Positions 1-8,106 of a stretch of 24,000 bases of DNA are shown here, in pieces. Origin of the DNA: Candidatus Borrarchaeum weybense (GTDB taxonomy: Archaea; Asgardarchaeota; Sifarchaeia; Borrarchaeales; Borrarchaeaceae); contig JAHQJS010000004.1 in NCBI GenBank assembly GCA_019057385.1, positions 340,535 through 364,534 of the forward strand. Direction: 5' to 3'. Within the stretch, counting starts at the first letter, position 1. Every line of letters begins with the position of its first letter. The notes under the pieces were generated by a model. That model was given only the letters and a program-made list of their open reading frames with translations. It did no database searches and had not been told where the DNA came from. Both the position numbers and the translations under genes were made by a program.

Positions 1-74
1 GCACAAGAACGTATCACTCACATCAGTAGGTGATAGACCGTTATGAGATGAGAAAAAAAGTTGAGATAAATATG

Positions 75-884
75 TCACACAACCACCTTCTCACCCTGTC
101 CACTCATAAGATTCAAAGAAGTTCTCCAACCCTCGATATTACTTAGAGTTAGTGGAGTTTCAGTGGTTTCTTCGATAATTTTATAATTTCCTTCACTATC
201 CTCTCCGATTCTTCGAATAGTTTCAACCTTCTGAAGAGCAATATTAAGGATCTTGACGCAACCATAACCACTTGCCCGTCCTGCTCCAAGAATTTCTACG
301 TAGAGCATTGCCTCTATAAGAAACTTGATTTCACCATCAGTTAAGTTAGTCACATCAATGTGAAAGGAAAAAAATCCGCTGAAATAACTCTCACGAAAGT
401 CTTGGATAGGAATACCATCATAGGCAAGAGCTATCCTATTTTCGCTAGCGATGTGGACATTTTGAACAGGCACTTCAGTTGTGTATTCCTTATGTTTAAT
501 CGAGACAATAGGATCTGCAGCGACAACAATAGAGGACTTTTCGCGGAAGGTGCCAAAGATTGTTCGGAGAATACAGGGAGGATCACATGTACCAAGCGCA
601 TGAAACCCTTTCGGAAGAACACTTTTACCATCTTTAAGCGCTGTTTTCTCAGAACTGTGACAGACTTCAATGTTGCAGTCTTGAGCAAGCTCCATACAGG
701 CATGTCTTAGCATTCCTCGGATACCTTTAATGTAATAAAACTTAGTATTGAATGTCTTTGAACTGTTTGTGTAAGGAAGTTTCCCTAACAAGAGCATGCT
801 AGAATTTTTCTGAATCGAGGCATTGATAGGCTTTGCTATGGGTGTAAAGGCATGAATAACTATCTGTTTTTTGATTTTTCTCAT
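75..884 (-). CDS. Cas7/RAMP-superfamily-like protein (Csf2/Csc2/Csm3-like backbone subunit), 269 aa
   Basis: RAMP-type landmarks in order: early YIKGIRGMLRHACMELA (like 'ipGsslrGalR..l'), GTCDPPCILRTIFGTFREKSSIVVAADP (C..C...FG... element followed by the conserved D), then FFSFHIDVTNLTDGEIKFLIEAMLYVEILGAGRASGYGCVKI (C-terminal G-rich GxGRxSGYGxV strand). Assignment from motifs only. Confidence 0.65.
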   Translation of the reverse strand: MRKIKKQIVIHAFTPIAKPINASIQKNSSMLLLGKLPYTNSSKTFNTKFYYIKGIRGMLRHACMELAQDCNIEVCHSSEKTALKDGKSVLPKGFHALGTCDPPCILRTIFGTFREKSSIVVAADPIVSIKHKEYTTEVPVQNVHIASENRIALAYDGIPIQDFRESYFSGFFSFHIDVTNLTDGEIKFLIEAMLYVEILGAGRASGYGCVKILNIALQKVETIRRIGEDSEGNYKIIEETTETPLTLSNIEGWRTSLNLMSGQGEKVVV

Positions 885-917
885 GTTTCCAACCTCAGAT
901 ATATTTAGTACAAGTAC

Positions 918-926
918 CTATATAAA
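918..926 (-). promoter_or_regulatory. Putative archaeal TATA box (TTTATATAG on minus strand) for the Cas7-like gene
   Basis: ctatataaa on + strand (TTTATATAG on minus), ~34 nt upstream of the ATG at 884. Confidence 0.5.
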
Positions 927-1230
927 CCTTGCTCAAAATAAACACTTTTCCAACTTTTGTTAGTAAAATGGGGATTAAATTGACTTCCATTTTAGAAATA
1001 AAGCATTTTTAACAGTTTTTAGATGAAAAACCATCGAATATTTAGTGCCTGCTTTATAAATAACAAAGTCAAGCAACAATTTACATCATCATCTCTTTAA
1101 AAGAATAAACATATGATTTAACAAAATTAAGCGATTACGAGAATTCACAAGGAATACATTAATGGTGTCAACTAAACTAAAAAATGTTCTTAAAAGAATA
1201 ATTGTACCATTGATGGTTGCTAATAAATCA

Positions 1231-4200
1231 TTAGGGCAAAAGATCCTTAACTATAACTGGAGGACCTTTTTTCTGTGGTGTATAAATTCCCTCCATGTGT
1301 TGAAACCTTTCAAACATTAGAAGAAGAGCTTCTTTATCTGGAGCATAAATAAAGGGGACGAATCGCTTCTTTTCTAGCAAAAAATCCTTGAGTTGTAGTG
1401 CGCACTGCCTTATAGCATCCTTTACTGTCATATATTCATCCAGATAGTATATCTCTTGATTAAGTATATCACCAACCAGTCTCTCAACTTTGTAGTGCCC
1501 GTTCCACGTTAAATGATAGAATCGTTCACGCTCTAATGTTTTACGTATCTTAAAATCGGCTTTTGTAAATTTACCATATATACATGCTAAGATGAAGGTG
1601 AACCTGAATAGGGGAAGAAACATCTCTCGGAAGTCAACGACGGTGCCAAGAAAGGATCGCCGTGTTTTCTTAAAATGCAATATCAGTTCATCGGGCACCC
1701 ATGAGAACCCTACTTCAGCGAGTGCTTTTCGACAGTAAAAATTAAGATGGCGATAGACGGCATTGAGTGCCGCACTAAAGGGAGTTCGCGCCTTTGCTTC
1801 ACCCAGAAGCACCACTGTGGCAATATAGCGATCGAGGGTACGACTAATGATCTCAAAGTAACTGCCTTGCAGCAAATGCTTGGGAACCTCCCAGGCAACG
1901 CTTTCCACTACCCCTTCAAGACCGCGAAGGTTGTCAATATTGCCCCGCCAATAGAGAAAAGTGTACGCCACGCGATCCAGCAGTTGGGATAAGAATTCCT
2001 GTGCCTCCGCAGAAGATAATATCCCCTCTTTTTCAAACCAGAGAATTGCATTGGCGAGCCCCATATTTTTACCCATCACCAGCAGCCTCGCTAATAACGT
2101 GCCTCGTTCCGTCCCTCTGAGTTGCTGGGCGGTGTGTTTCAGTTCATCAGCTAATTGTTGTTTCTCTGGTGTCAGTGTATGCTGTGCAAAGAATCTGCCT
2201 TCGGGCGAATTAATATCAATGAGTTTCTTGCCATAGTTCTTACGAACTAGTTGCGAAACTTCTCCACCCTCGATGATGATGTGACAGATAGCACCGATTA
2301 AATATCGATGTGTTGTTTTCCCGTCCTTTAGTGCATGAGCAAATCGTTTTTTCTTAATATCAAGCCGTTCACCGCACTTGACACGAATGGTTCGTTTTGG
2401 TCGTCGAATGTAAACCTTTGTTTTTTTAACCCGCGGGACATAATTTCCGGGCTTGCCTAAAAGCAAATCCAATCCTTTTAGCATCAAACCTCGGTTGCCT
2501 GGTTTCACCACCAAGTCACCTTTCATGGTCAAATAATAGCGGGAATTGCATTCGGGACAGACTGTGTATTCATTATAGCAGGATGGCAATTCCACCGTAC
2601 CGCCGGAGTAGCAGAAGTAGCACGGAGTATCATCGAGTGTTTCTTGTATGGCACTAATTGTGCGCTTTTTTAACTCCCGCGCTTTCTGATGGTATTCGCA
2701 GGCACCCATCTTTGGTGCGGCATAGGATTTCCTTTCTTGCCTTCCAATTTTTGTGTTATACTTTTGATTCAACACACAGATATGTGCACGTTTCGATCTG
2801 CGACGATCCTTCATAGAATTTATCCGAAAGAAGCCACATGAACCACAGGTGAGCCGCAGATGTTCAGGAATACTCATATTCGCGTCTGCCACATAGATTT
2901 TAGGGCGACCTCGTAACTGCCCTCGAGAGATAAATTGGATTTTTCCTTGGATTCCTAACTTCTTTGCATGTTTCACTACCGTAGTATGGTGAACTGGTCG
3001 ATTATACTGTTTACGAACCTCTGACGTAATTTGTGCGTAAGAGATGACCTTATATTGATTAATAATGTTATAAATTGCTTCTTGAAGTCCCGGATATGGT
3101 ATCGGTCTGTACTTTGGATACCTGCGTCTCCTTCTGCCTTTGTTCCCTCTTTCAACTTCAGGCTCTTTGTATTCAGGATTTAGTTTTGTGGTAAGTTTTT
3201 TGGCAACCCTTGCCGCCCTCGGGTCACTGCGCCCCAGATAGTCATAACTTGCTTCTGCGATCCACGACGCCGTCTTTCTATGTGCTTCTGCATCACCCGG
3301 TCGTATGTTTACCCGAGTTGCAGCTTTTGTGACCGAAGAACCCTGACTGAGTAACCATACGAAAGAGGCATATTGCTGGGCGGTATATCGTGTGGTGTTG
3401 CTCACTTCATGTATGCTTCGACCGATTAGTGTAATTACGTGCCGGGAGAATTCCCGTTCTGAGGAGCAATGATGTGTGGCAAAAAACTTCTTGATCCTTA
3501 AGGCGGTTTTAATCGGCAGTAAAAATTGGCTGGCCCAGCGTCCTTTGGCTGTTGCACTAAACTTTCCACCATTTCTTTTGATAAAACCTTCCTTGATAAG
3601 TGTGTGAAGGATTCCCTCTCTTTTTTTCTTCGGTTCATCCTGCTTAGGTCGAGCTAACAGTTTCTCTCTTAGTTGTTGTGTAAAGTCTTTCAACTGGTCG
3701 TGGGTGAATGGTGTCAACAGTAAGCGAAGCTCTCCGTTTTTGACCCCGCGTGTAGTGGTGTTCTTCTTGACCCACATGAAGAATTTTCTCGTTACACGTT
3801 TCAAGTCGAATGGGAGAGAGCCTTCGTGCGTTTCGCGCAATAAGGACAGTAAATGAAGTTCGTTATTGAGCCGACAAAGCTCCTCTTCCTGGTTCATGAG
3901 TGCGTTATTCATTAGTTCGGACCAATTCTGTAGCAATGCTTTGTGTTGATGCCAGAAGTAATGTCTTTCAAGTTTGTGAAGTAATTGATTCGTGGATGCC
4001 GAGCCTCTAGCTATCAGGGTGAGTACAATATCTGCCAAAGAAGAACGTGCCTGGCTTGTTATACGATGTTCTTTGACTATCAATTGTCCCTCGACGATTT
4101 GTATCTCCTTTTGCTTCAAAATTTCTTGATCGTCCCCCACGAAGATCAGATCAGCATAGCCCACCCGATGATGGCGCGGTCGTGCCGCCCTGCCACTCAA

Positions 4201-5241
4201 TTGTATCAACAGGTGAGGGTTGAACATCCCGGCATCGGCAATTATCACCCGTTTGATCGGAAAGTCCACCCCCTCTCCGTATTGAATCGTTGACAGAAAA
4301 ACCTGAAATTCACCCTTCTTAAGCCGTCTCATAGCTTCTTGTTGTTCCTCTTTACTGAGCCCGGCGTGACTGTAGCCCACGGTGAGATCGAGTCCACAAC
4401 TCTTAAGAAAGGACTGCAACTCTATAGCTCGTTGTTCAACCTGATTTCGTGTGTAGCAAAAGATGTGCACGATTTTAGTCCCCTGATCATCACCATACGA
4501 GCGTTGTTCAAAGGTCTTTTTGATCAAGCGAGCGAACAGAAAGCGTTTTTTTCGTTCAATCTGCTCTATGGTGCTGCCTGAAACCCCACAAGATGACACA
4601 ATAAGCTTCGACTGCCGTTCGTTGGTATGGATAAGTTGAGCGTCAAGCCAACTTACCAGTTCCTCGGCATTCCCCAGAGTAGCCGAGAGATAGATGATAT
4701 GCGGGCGAGGGCGTAACCAAGATCTTGCATTGACGATTGCAGTTTCTAGGCGAGCACCCCGCCCTTTGTTGCCCAGATTGTGCAGTTCATCGACCACAAT
4801 CAATCCTATCTTGTCTAAAAACGGATACTCGAAATGCTTAACTAGCAGTCCATTGAAGGATTCGTAGGTGCTGATGAGGATATCCGCCGTTTCAAGCTCT
4901 TCAGGAGACGAACGGTCATCTCCGCTGACTTTGAGGATGGTACAGGCGTCGTGATACCACTCTTTGAACTTGTCATACATCTGATCGATCAGCCGTTTGG
5001 TCGGCTCAAGAATTACACAGCGCATCCCTTTTCCAAGCACGCGGGTAGACACTATTTGGGATATCAAGGTTTTTCCCGAAGCGGTAGGAGTGTACAACAC
5101 CTTGTCCTGCCTTTGTTTACCAGAAAAACATGCCTCCCATTGAAAGTCGTAGAGGGCGTTAATGTCAGCCTGTTCCAACCGTTGACGTATGAATTCGTAG
5201 TTTAACCCTCTTTTCGTCATTGTAATGAACTGGCCTCTCAA
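1231..5241 (-). CDS. Ski2/Hel308-like SF2 helicase fused to winged-helix and zinc modules and a C-terminal Cas1-like domain (1336 aa from the TTG at 5241; alternative ATG at 5220)
   Basis: Helicase motifs: TPTASGKT (I), LEPTKRLIDQM (Ia), VVDELHNLG (II), YLSATLGNAEELVSWL (III, Ski2-like), HIFCYTRNQVE (IV), FLSTIQYGEGVDFP (V), QLSGRAARPRHHRVGYADLIF (VI). Zinc modules: CGSCGFF..C..C (aa ~799-848) and CYFC..CPEC (aa ~874-898). Cas1-like C-terminus: LLARLLVMGKNMGLANAILWF, NIDNLRGLEGVVESVAWE, EAKARTPFSAALNAVYRHLNFYCRKALAEVGFSWVPDELILHF, FLGTVVDFREMFLPLFRFTF, TVKDAIRQCALQLKDFLLEKKRFVPFIY. Confidence 0.85.
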   Translation of the reverse strand: MRGQFITMTKRGLNYEFIRQRLEQADINALYDFQWEACFSGKQRQDKVLYTPTASGKTLISQIVSTRVLGKGMRCVILEPTKRLIDQMYDKFKEWYHDACTILKVSGDDRSSPEELETADILISTYESFNGLLVKHFEYPFLDKIGLIVVDELHNLGNKGRGARLETAIVNARSWLRPRPHIIYLSATLGNAEELVSWLDAQLIHTNERQSKLIVSSCGVSGSTIEQIERKKRFLFARLIKKTFEQRSYGDDQGTKIVHIFCYTRNQVEQRAIELQSFLKSCGLDLTVGYSHAGLSKEEQQEAMRRLKKGEFQVFLSTIQYGEGVDFPIKRVIIADAGMFNPHLLIQLSGRAARPRHHRVGYADLIFVGDDQEILKQKEIQIVEGQLIVKEHRITSQARSSLADIVLTLIARGSASTNQLLHKLERHYFWHQHKALLQNWSELMNNALMNQEEELCRLNNELHLLSLLRETHEGSLPFDLKRVTRKFFMWVKKNTTTRGVKNGELRLLLTPFTHDQLKDFTQQLREKLLARPKQDEPKKKREGILHTLIKEGFIKRNGGKFSATAKGRWASQFLLPIKTALRIKKFFATHHCSSEREFSRHVITLIGRSIHEVSNTTRYTAQQYASFVWLLSQGSSVTKAATRVNIRPGDAEAHRKTASWIAEASYDYLGRSDPRAARVAKKLTTKLNPEYKEPEVERGNKGRRRRRYPKYRPIPYPGLQEAIYNIINQYKVISYAQITSEVRKQYNRPVHHTTVVKHAKKLGIQGKIQFISRGQLRGRPKIYVADANMSIPEHLRLTCGSCGFFRINSMKDRRRSKRAHICVLNQKYNTKIGRQERKSYAAPKMGACEYHQKARELKKRTISAIQETLDDTPCYFCYSGGTVELPSCYNEYTVCPECNSRYYLTMKGDLVVKPGNRGLMLKGLDLLLGKPGNYVPRVKKTKVYIRRPKRTIRVKCGERLDIKKKRFAHALKDGKTTHRYLIGAICHIIIEGGEVSQLVRKNYGKKLIDINSPEGRFFAQHTLTPEKQQLADELKHTAQQLRGTERGTLLARLLVMGKNMGLANAILWFEKEGILSSAEAQEFLSQLLDRVAYTFLYWRGNIDNLRGLEGVVESVAWEVPKHLLQGSYFEIISRTLDRYIATVVLLGEAKARTPFSAALNAVYRHLNFYCRKALAEVGFSWVPDELILHFKKTRRSFLGTVVDFREMFLPLFRFTFILACIYGKFTKADFKIRKTLERERFYHLTWNGHYKVERLVGDILNQEIYYLDEYMTVKDAIRQCALQLKDFLLEKKRFVPFIYAPDKEALLLMFERFQHMEGIYTPQKKGPPVIVKDLLP
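1342..2439 (-). other. Cas1-like integrase domain within the helicase fusion (approx. aa 935-1300)
   Basis: Cas1 pattern 'lrgiEg.aar.yw ... R.ppdp.NalLsygy.lLy..v..al..aGldp..gflH ... LDLmEpfRp' read against LRGLEGVVESVAWE ... ARTPFSAALNAVYRHLNFYCRKALAEVGFSWVPDELILHF ... TVVDFREMFLP. Candidate metal ligands E1109 (nt 1915-1917), H1189 (1675-1677), D1203 (1633-1635) and E1206 (1624-1626). The final D-x-x-E spacing matches the D/E cluster of Cas1. Confidence 0.75.
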
Positions 5242-5274
5242 TTCCTGCCTCTCATTTACAATGGTTGCAAATTT

Positions 5275-5283
5275 CTATATAAA
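5275..5283 (-). promoter_or_regulatory. Putative TATA box (TTTATATAG on minus strand) for the helicase-Cas1 gene
   Basis: ctatataaa on + strand, ~34 nt upstream of the TTG start at 5241 or ~55 nt upstream of the ATG at 5220; same 9-mer as upstream of the Cas7-like gene. Confidence 0.45.
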
Positions 5284-5457
5284 GAGGGGAACTTTTGGAT
5301 CGCTGGCTCGAAAAACTATGTCACTTGAACTCTTCACAAACCAAAGCGTTTTCCAAATCAAATGCTATTAGACACAAATTAGAGATCGTTACTTTCATTA
5401 ATTGAATCTACACGAACTCTCACTAAAAACAAAATTGTAGCATTTATGAAAGAATTT

Positions 5458-5478
5458 TCAAATGATAGCATCATTTGA
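5458..5478. repeat. Perfect 9-bp inverted repeat with 3-nt loop
   Basis: TCAAATGAT-AGC-ATCATTTGA in the divergent intergenic region between the helicase-Cas1 and TPR-nuclease genes. Confidence 0.6.
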
Positions 5479-5694
5479 TAACGGGAACGTAATCTAATTT
5501 CGGGACGGTAAAATTATCGCTAAAACTAGGAATATGAATCTTTGAAATCATATAGGAGAGGAACTTCAACTCACTAGAGAGGCATAAGGATATGTGAAAT
5601 CATAATTAAACAAATATGTCCAGCAAAAAATTACTAAGCTTTATTAGTTGCCAAGCTAATATCTAGACGATTAATATGGACGCGGTTCGTAAAA

Positions 5695-7935
5695 ATGCCA
5701 ACAGATGACCATTTTAAAAGAGGAATTGAATTCTTCAATCGAAAACAATACAAGAAGGCCATTAAAGCATTCAAGAAGGCTTTAACGTCAGACCAAGAAC
5801 ACTATGTGATATGGTACAACATGGGATTAGCTTTCTCGAAACTAGATAAATTCACTAATGCCATTTATTGTTATAAAAAAGCCGTGAAAATTAACCCTGA
5901 GTTTGCAGAAGCGTGGGGCAACATGGGTGCTGCGTATCATGAGTTAGATAAGCTTAACAAAGCCATCGAGTGCTTCCAAAGGGCATTGGAAATCAACCCT
6001 GAGTTAATAGACACATTAAACAATATGGCGGCAGTTTACATAAAATTAAATGAGTATAATAAAACTGTCGAATGTTATCAAAAAGTTTTGGAAATTGCCC
6101 CTATGAATAAAATCGCTTTGCATAATTTAGCTTGGGCTTATGGAAACTTAAATAATTATGAAAAAGCAGTTGAATATTACCAAAAGGCAATAAAAAACGA
6201 ACCTGAATATGTATTCGCATGGAATAACTTAGGAGCGGTTTATGGAAAACTCGGTGAGTATAAAAAAGCCATTGAATGTTATGAAAAGGTCCTTAAACTT
6301 GACCCCATAAATGTAAAGGCATGGAAAGGCATAGAAATTGCTCACAGAAAATTAAACGAATTTGCTGAGGCAATTGAGTGTTGCCAAAGAGTTATAGAAC
6401 TCAATTCTAGCGATATAGACACATGGAATAATATGGGCGTTTCCTACGGAGAATTGGGCGAATATAATAAAGCTATCGCATGTTTTGAAGAAATATTAAG
6501 AATTGAACCCAATAACGCAAAAGCGCTGAATAACGCAGGAATTGCCTACGAAGGATTAAATGAGTTTAAAAATGCGCTTAACTATTATAAGAAGGCTTTA
6601 GAAATTGATCCTAATTATGTAGATGCATGGTACAACATGGGCAACGCCTATAAAAAGTTAGACGAACACATGAAAGCAATTGATTGCTACAAGAAAGTCG
6701 TGGCAATTGACTCAGAGCATACAAAAGCATGGAATAATTTGGGCAATACCTATGAAAAATTAGACCTACATATGCCTGCGATCGAATGCTATGAGAAAGC
6801 GTTGAAAATTAACCCTGAGTTTGTTAATGCTTGGTATAACATAGGTAATGTCTATAGAAACTTAGACGAAGACATGAAGGCGATTGAATGTTATAAGAAA
6901 GCTGTGGAAATCGACTCGAAGCACTCAAAAGCATGGGGAAATATGGGTGCCATTTACACGCTTTTAGGTGAACACATGTCTGCAATCGAGTGCTATAAGA
7001 ATGCTGTAGAAGCTAGTCCTGAATATGCTGGCGCGTGGTATAACATGGGTGTGACCTATGTAGAAGTAGGCAAATACATGTCTGCAATCGAATGCTATAA
7101 GAAAGCATTGGAAATAAATCCCGATTATATAGATGCATGGACGGGGATGGGGATCGCGTATGCAACGTCTGATAATTATAATAATGCCTTTGAGTCCTTT
7201 CAAAACGCATTGGACATCAATTCTGAAGATGTTGGTACATGGTACAATTTAGGTGTGACTTACAAGAAATTAGGAGAGCGTAACAAGGCACATGATTGTT
7301 TTAAAAAGGCTCTGGAGATCAATCCTAAAGATATATTGTCAGCATACAATATGGGGGCGATTCAAGCAGAACTAAATGCAGAAAAGAAGATCTCAGAATT
7401 AAAGAACGACGTTGATTTTCTGAAAGGTCAAGAACTAGAGAATAAGATAAGTGAACTTGTCGAGAAATCGTATAGTTTTCAATGCAAAAGAGAATATCGT
7501 GTCCAAAAATTGGAGGACGAAGAAGTCGAAAAATTCATTGAAAGAGGTTGTTATAGAGAAAGTACTAAATCAGTTGAATTAGATGTAATAGCTATAAAGG
7601 AAGAAGCCAAAACTGGGAAAAAACGCCCTGCCATGTTACTTTGTGAGTGTAAAGCCAAAAATACGCATACAAATGAAAAACAAATCAAATGTTTCCTTTT
7701 AAAGACAGAAATTTGGAAGAGAAAATTTACTGAATTTTATGAATCCATGCCTGATTATCTCGCCCCAGAGTTCATATTATGGTATGTTAGCTTAAAAGGA
7801 TTTACCAGAAACGCTGAAACGCTAATAAATCAAAATAAGATTGAGCCCTTTGATCTTGAAAAATTAAACAAGGAATTGAAGAAAGTAAATATTCTAACAA
7901 TTCCTAAGAGATTTATTGCAGAACAAGAAAATTAG
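5695..7935 (+). CDS. Protein with about 16 tandem 34-aa TPRs and a C-terminal PD-(D/E)XK nuclease-like domain, 746 aa
   Basis: Repeated 'AWYNMGxxYxxLxxxxxAIECYxKALEINPE' units. C-terminal ~170 aa contain VELDVIAIKEEAKTGKKRPAMLLCECKAK, i.e. D630-x20-E651-x-K653, the restriction-endonuclease fold signature. Confidence 0.85.
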   Translation: MPTDDHFKRGIEFFNRKQYKKAIKAFKKALTSDQEHYVIWYNMGLAFSKLDKFTNAIYCYKKAVKINPEFAEAWGNMGAAYHELDKLNKAIECFQRALEINPELIDTLNNMAAVYIKLNEYNKTVECYQKVLEIAPMNKIALHNLAWAYGNLNNYEKAVEYYQKAIKNEPEYVFAWNNLGAVYGKLGEYKKAIECYEKVLKLDPINVKAWKGIEIAHRKLNEFAEAIECCQRVIELNSSDIDTWNNMGVSYGELGEYNKAIACFEEILRIEPNNAKALNNAGIAYEGLNEFKNALNYYKKALEIDPNYVDAWYNMGNAYKKLDEHMKAIDCYKKVVAIDSEHTKAWNNLGNTYEKLDLHMPAIECYEKALKINPEFVNAWYNIGNVYRNLDEDMKAIECYKKAVEIDSKHSKAWGNMGAIYTLLGEHMSAIECYKNAVEASPEYAGAWYNMGVTYVEVGKYMSAIECYKKALEINPDYIDAWTGMGIAYATSDNYNNAFESFQNALDINSEDVGTWYNLGVTYKKLGERNKAHDCFKKALEINPKDILSAYNMGAIQAELNAEKKISELKNDVDFLKGQELENKISELVEKSYSFQCKREYRVQKLEDEEVEKFIERGCYRESTKSVELDVIAIKEEAKTGKKRPAMLLCECKAKNTHTNEKQIKCFLLKTEIWKRKFTEFYESMPDYLAPEFILWYVSLKGFTRNAETLINQNKIEPFDLEKLNKELKKVNILTIPKRFIAEQEN
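5719..7380 (+). repeat. Tandem ~102-bp coding repeats corresponding to TPR units
   Basis: Protein repeats at 34-aa period; near-identical DNA segments such as 'atgtctgcaatcgagtgctataagaa' (~6978) and 'atgtctgcaatcgaatgctataagaa' (~7078). Confidence 0.85.
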
Positions 7936-8106
7936 GCTTAAAAGATCCTTCTAAACTTTCGACATGACGTAATTGAACTAATAAAAATAAATAGCATAAA
8001 ATGTGATAGATATGGAAAAAGTAGAAGCGTTTTCATGGTATTTTGTTAAAAATAAATGGCCTGATTTAATTAACCGTTTCCATATTTTTCCCATAGGACT
8101 TTTAGG

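Noticed and set aside
360-710. Plus/minus alternative ORFs overlapping the Cas7-like gene
   Set aside because: Shadow ORFs opposite or out of frame with an ORF that has coherent RAMP-like motifs.
1710-5205. Several 60-100 aa ORFs antisense to or overlapping the helicase-Cas1 gene
   Set aside because: Shadow ORFs; the 1336-aa frame carries all recognisable motifs.
6964-7210. Minus-strand ORFs inside the TPR gene
   Set aside because: Antisense by-products of the repeated TPR codons.
5719-7380. Periodic ~102-bp repeats as a possible CRISPR or satellite array
   Set aside because: They are in-frame TPR codons with 34-aa period and diverged sequence, not short identical repeats with unique spacers. 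No CRISPR array was seen in the window.
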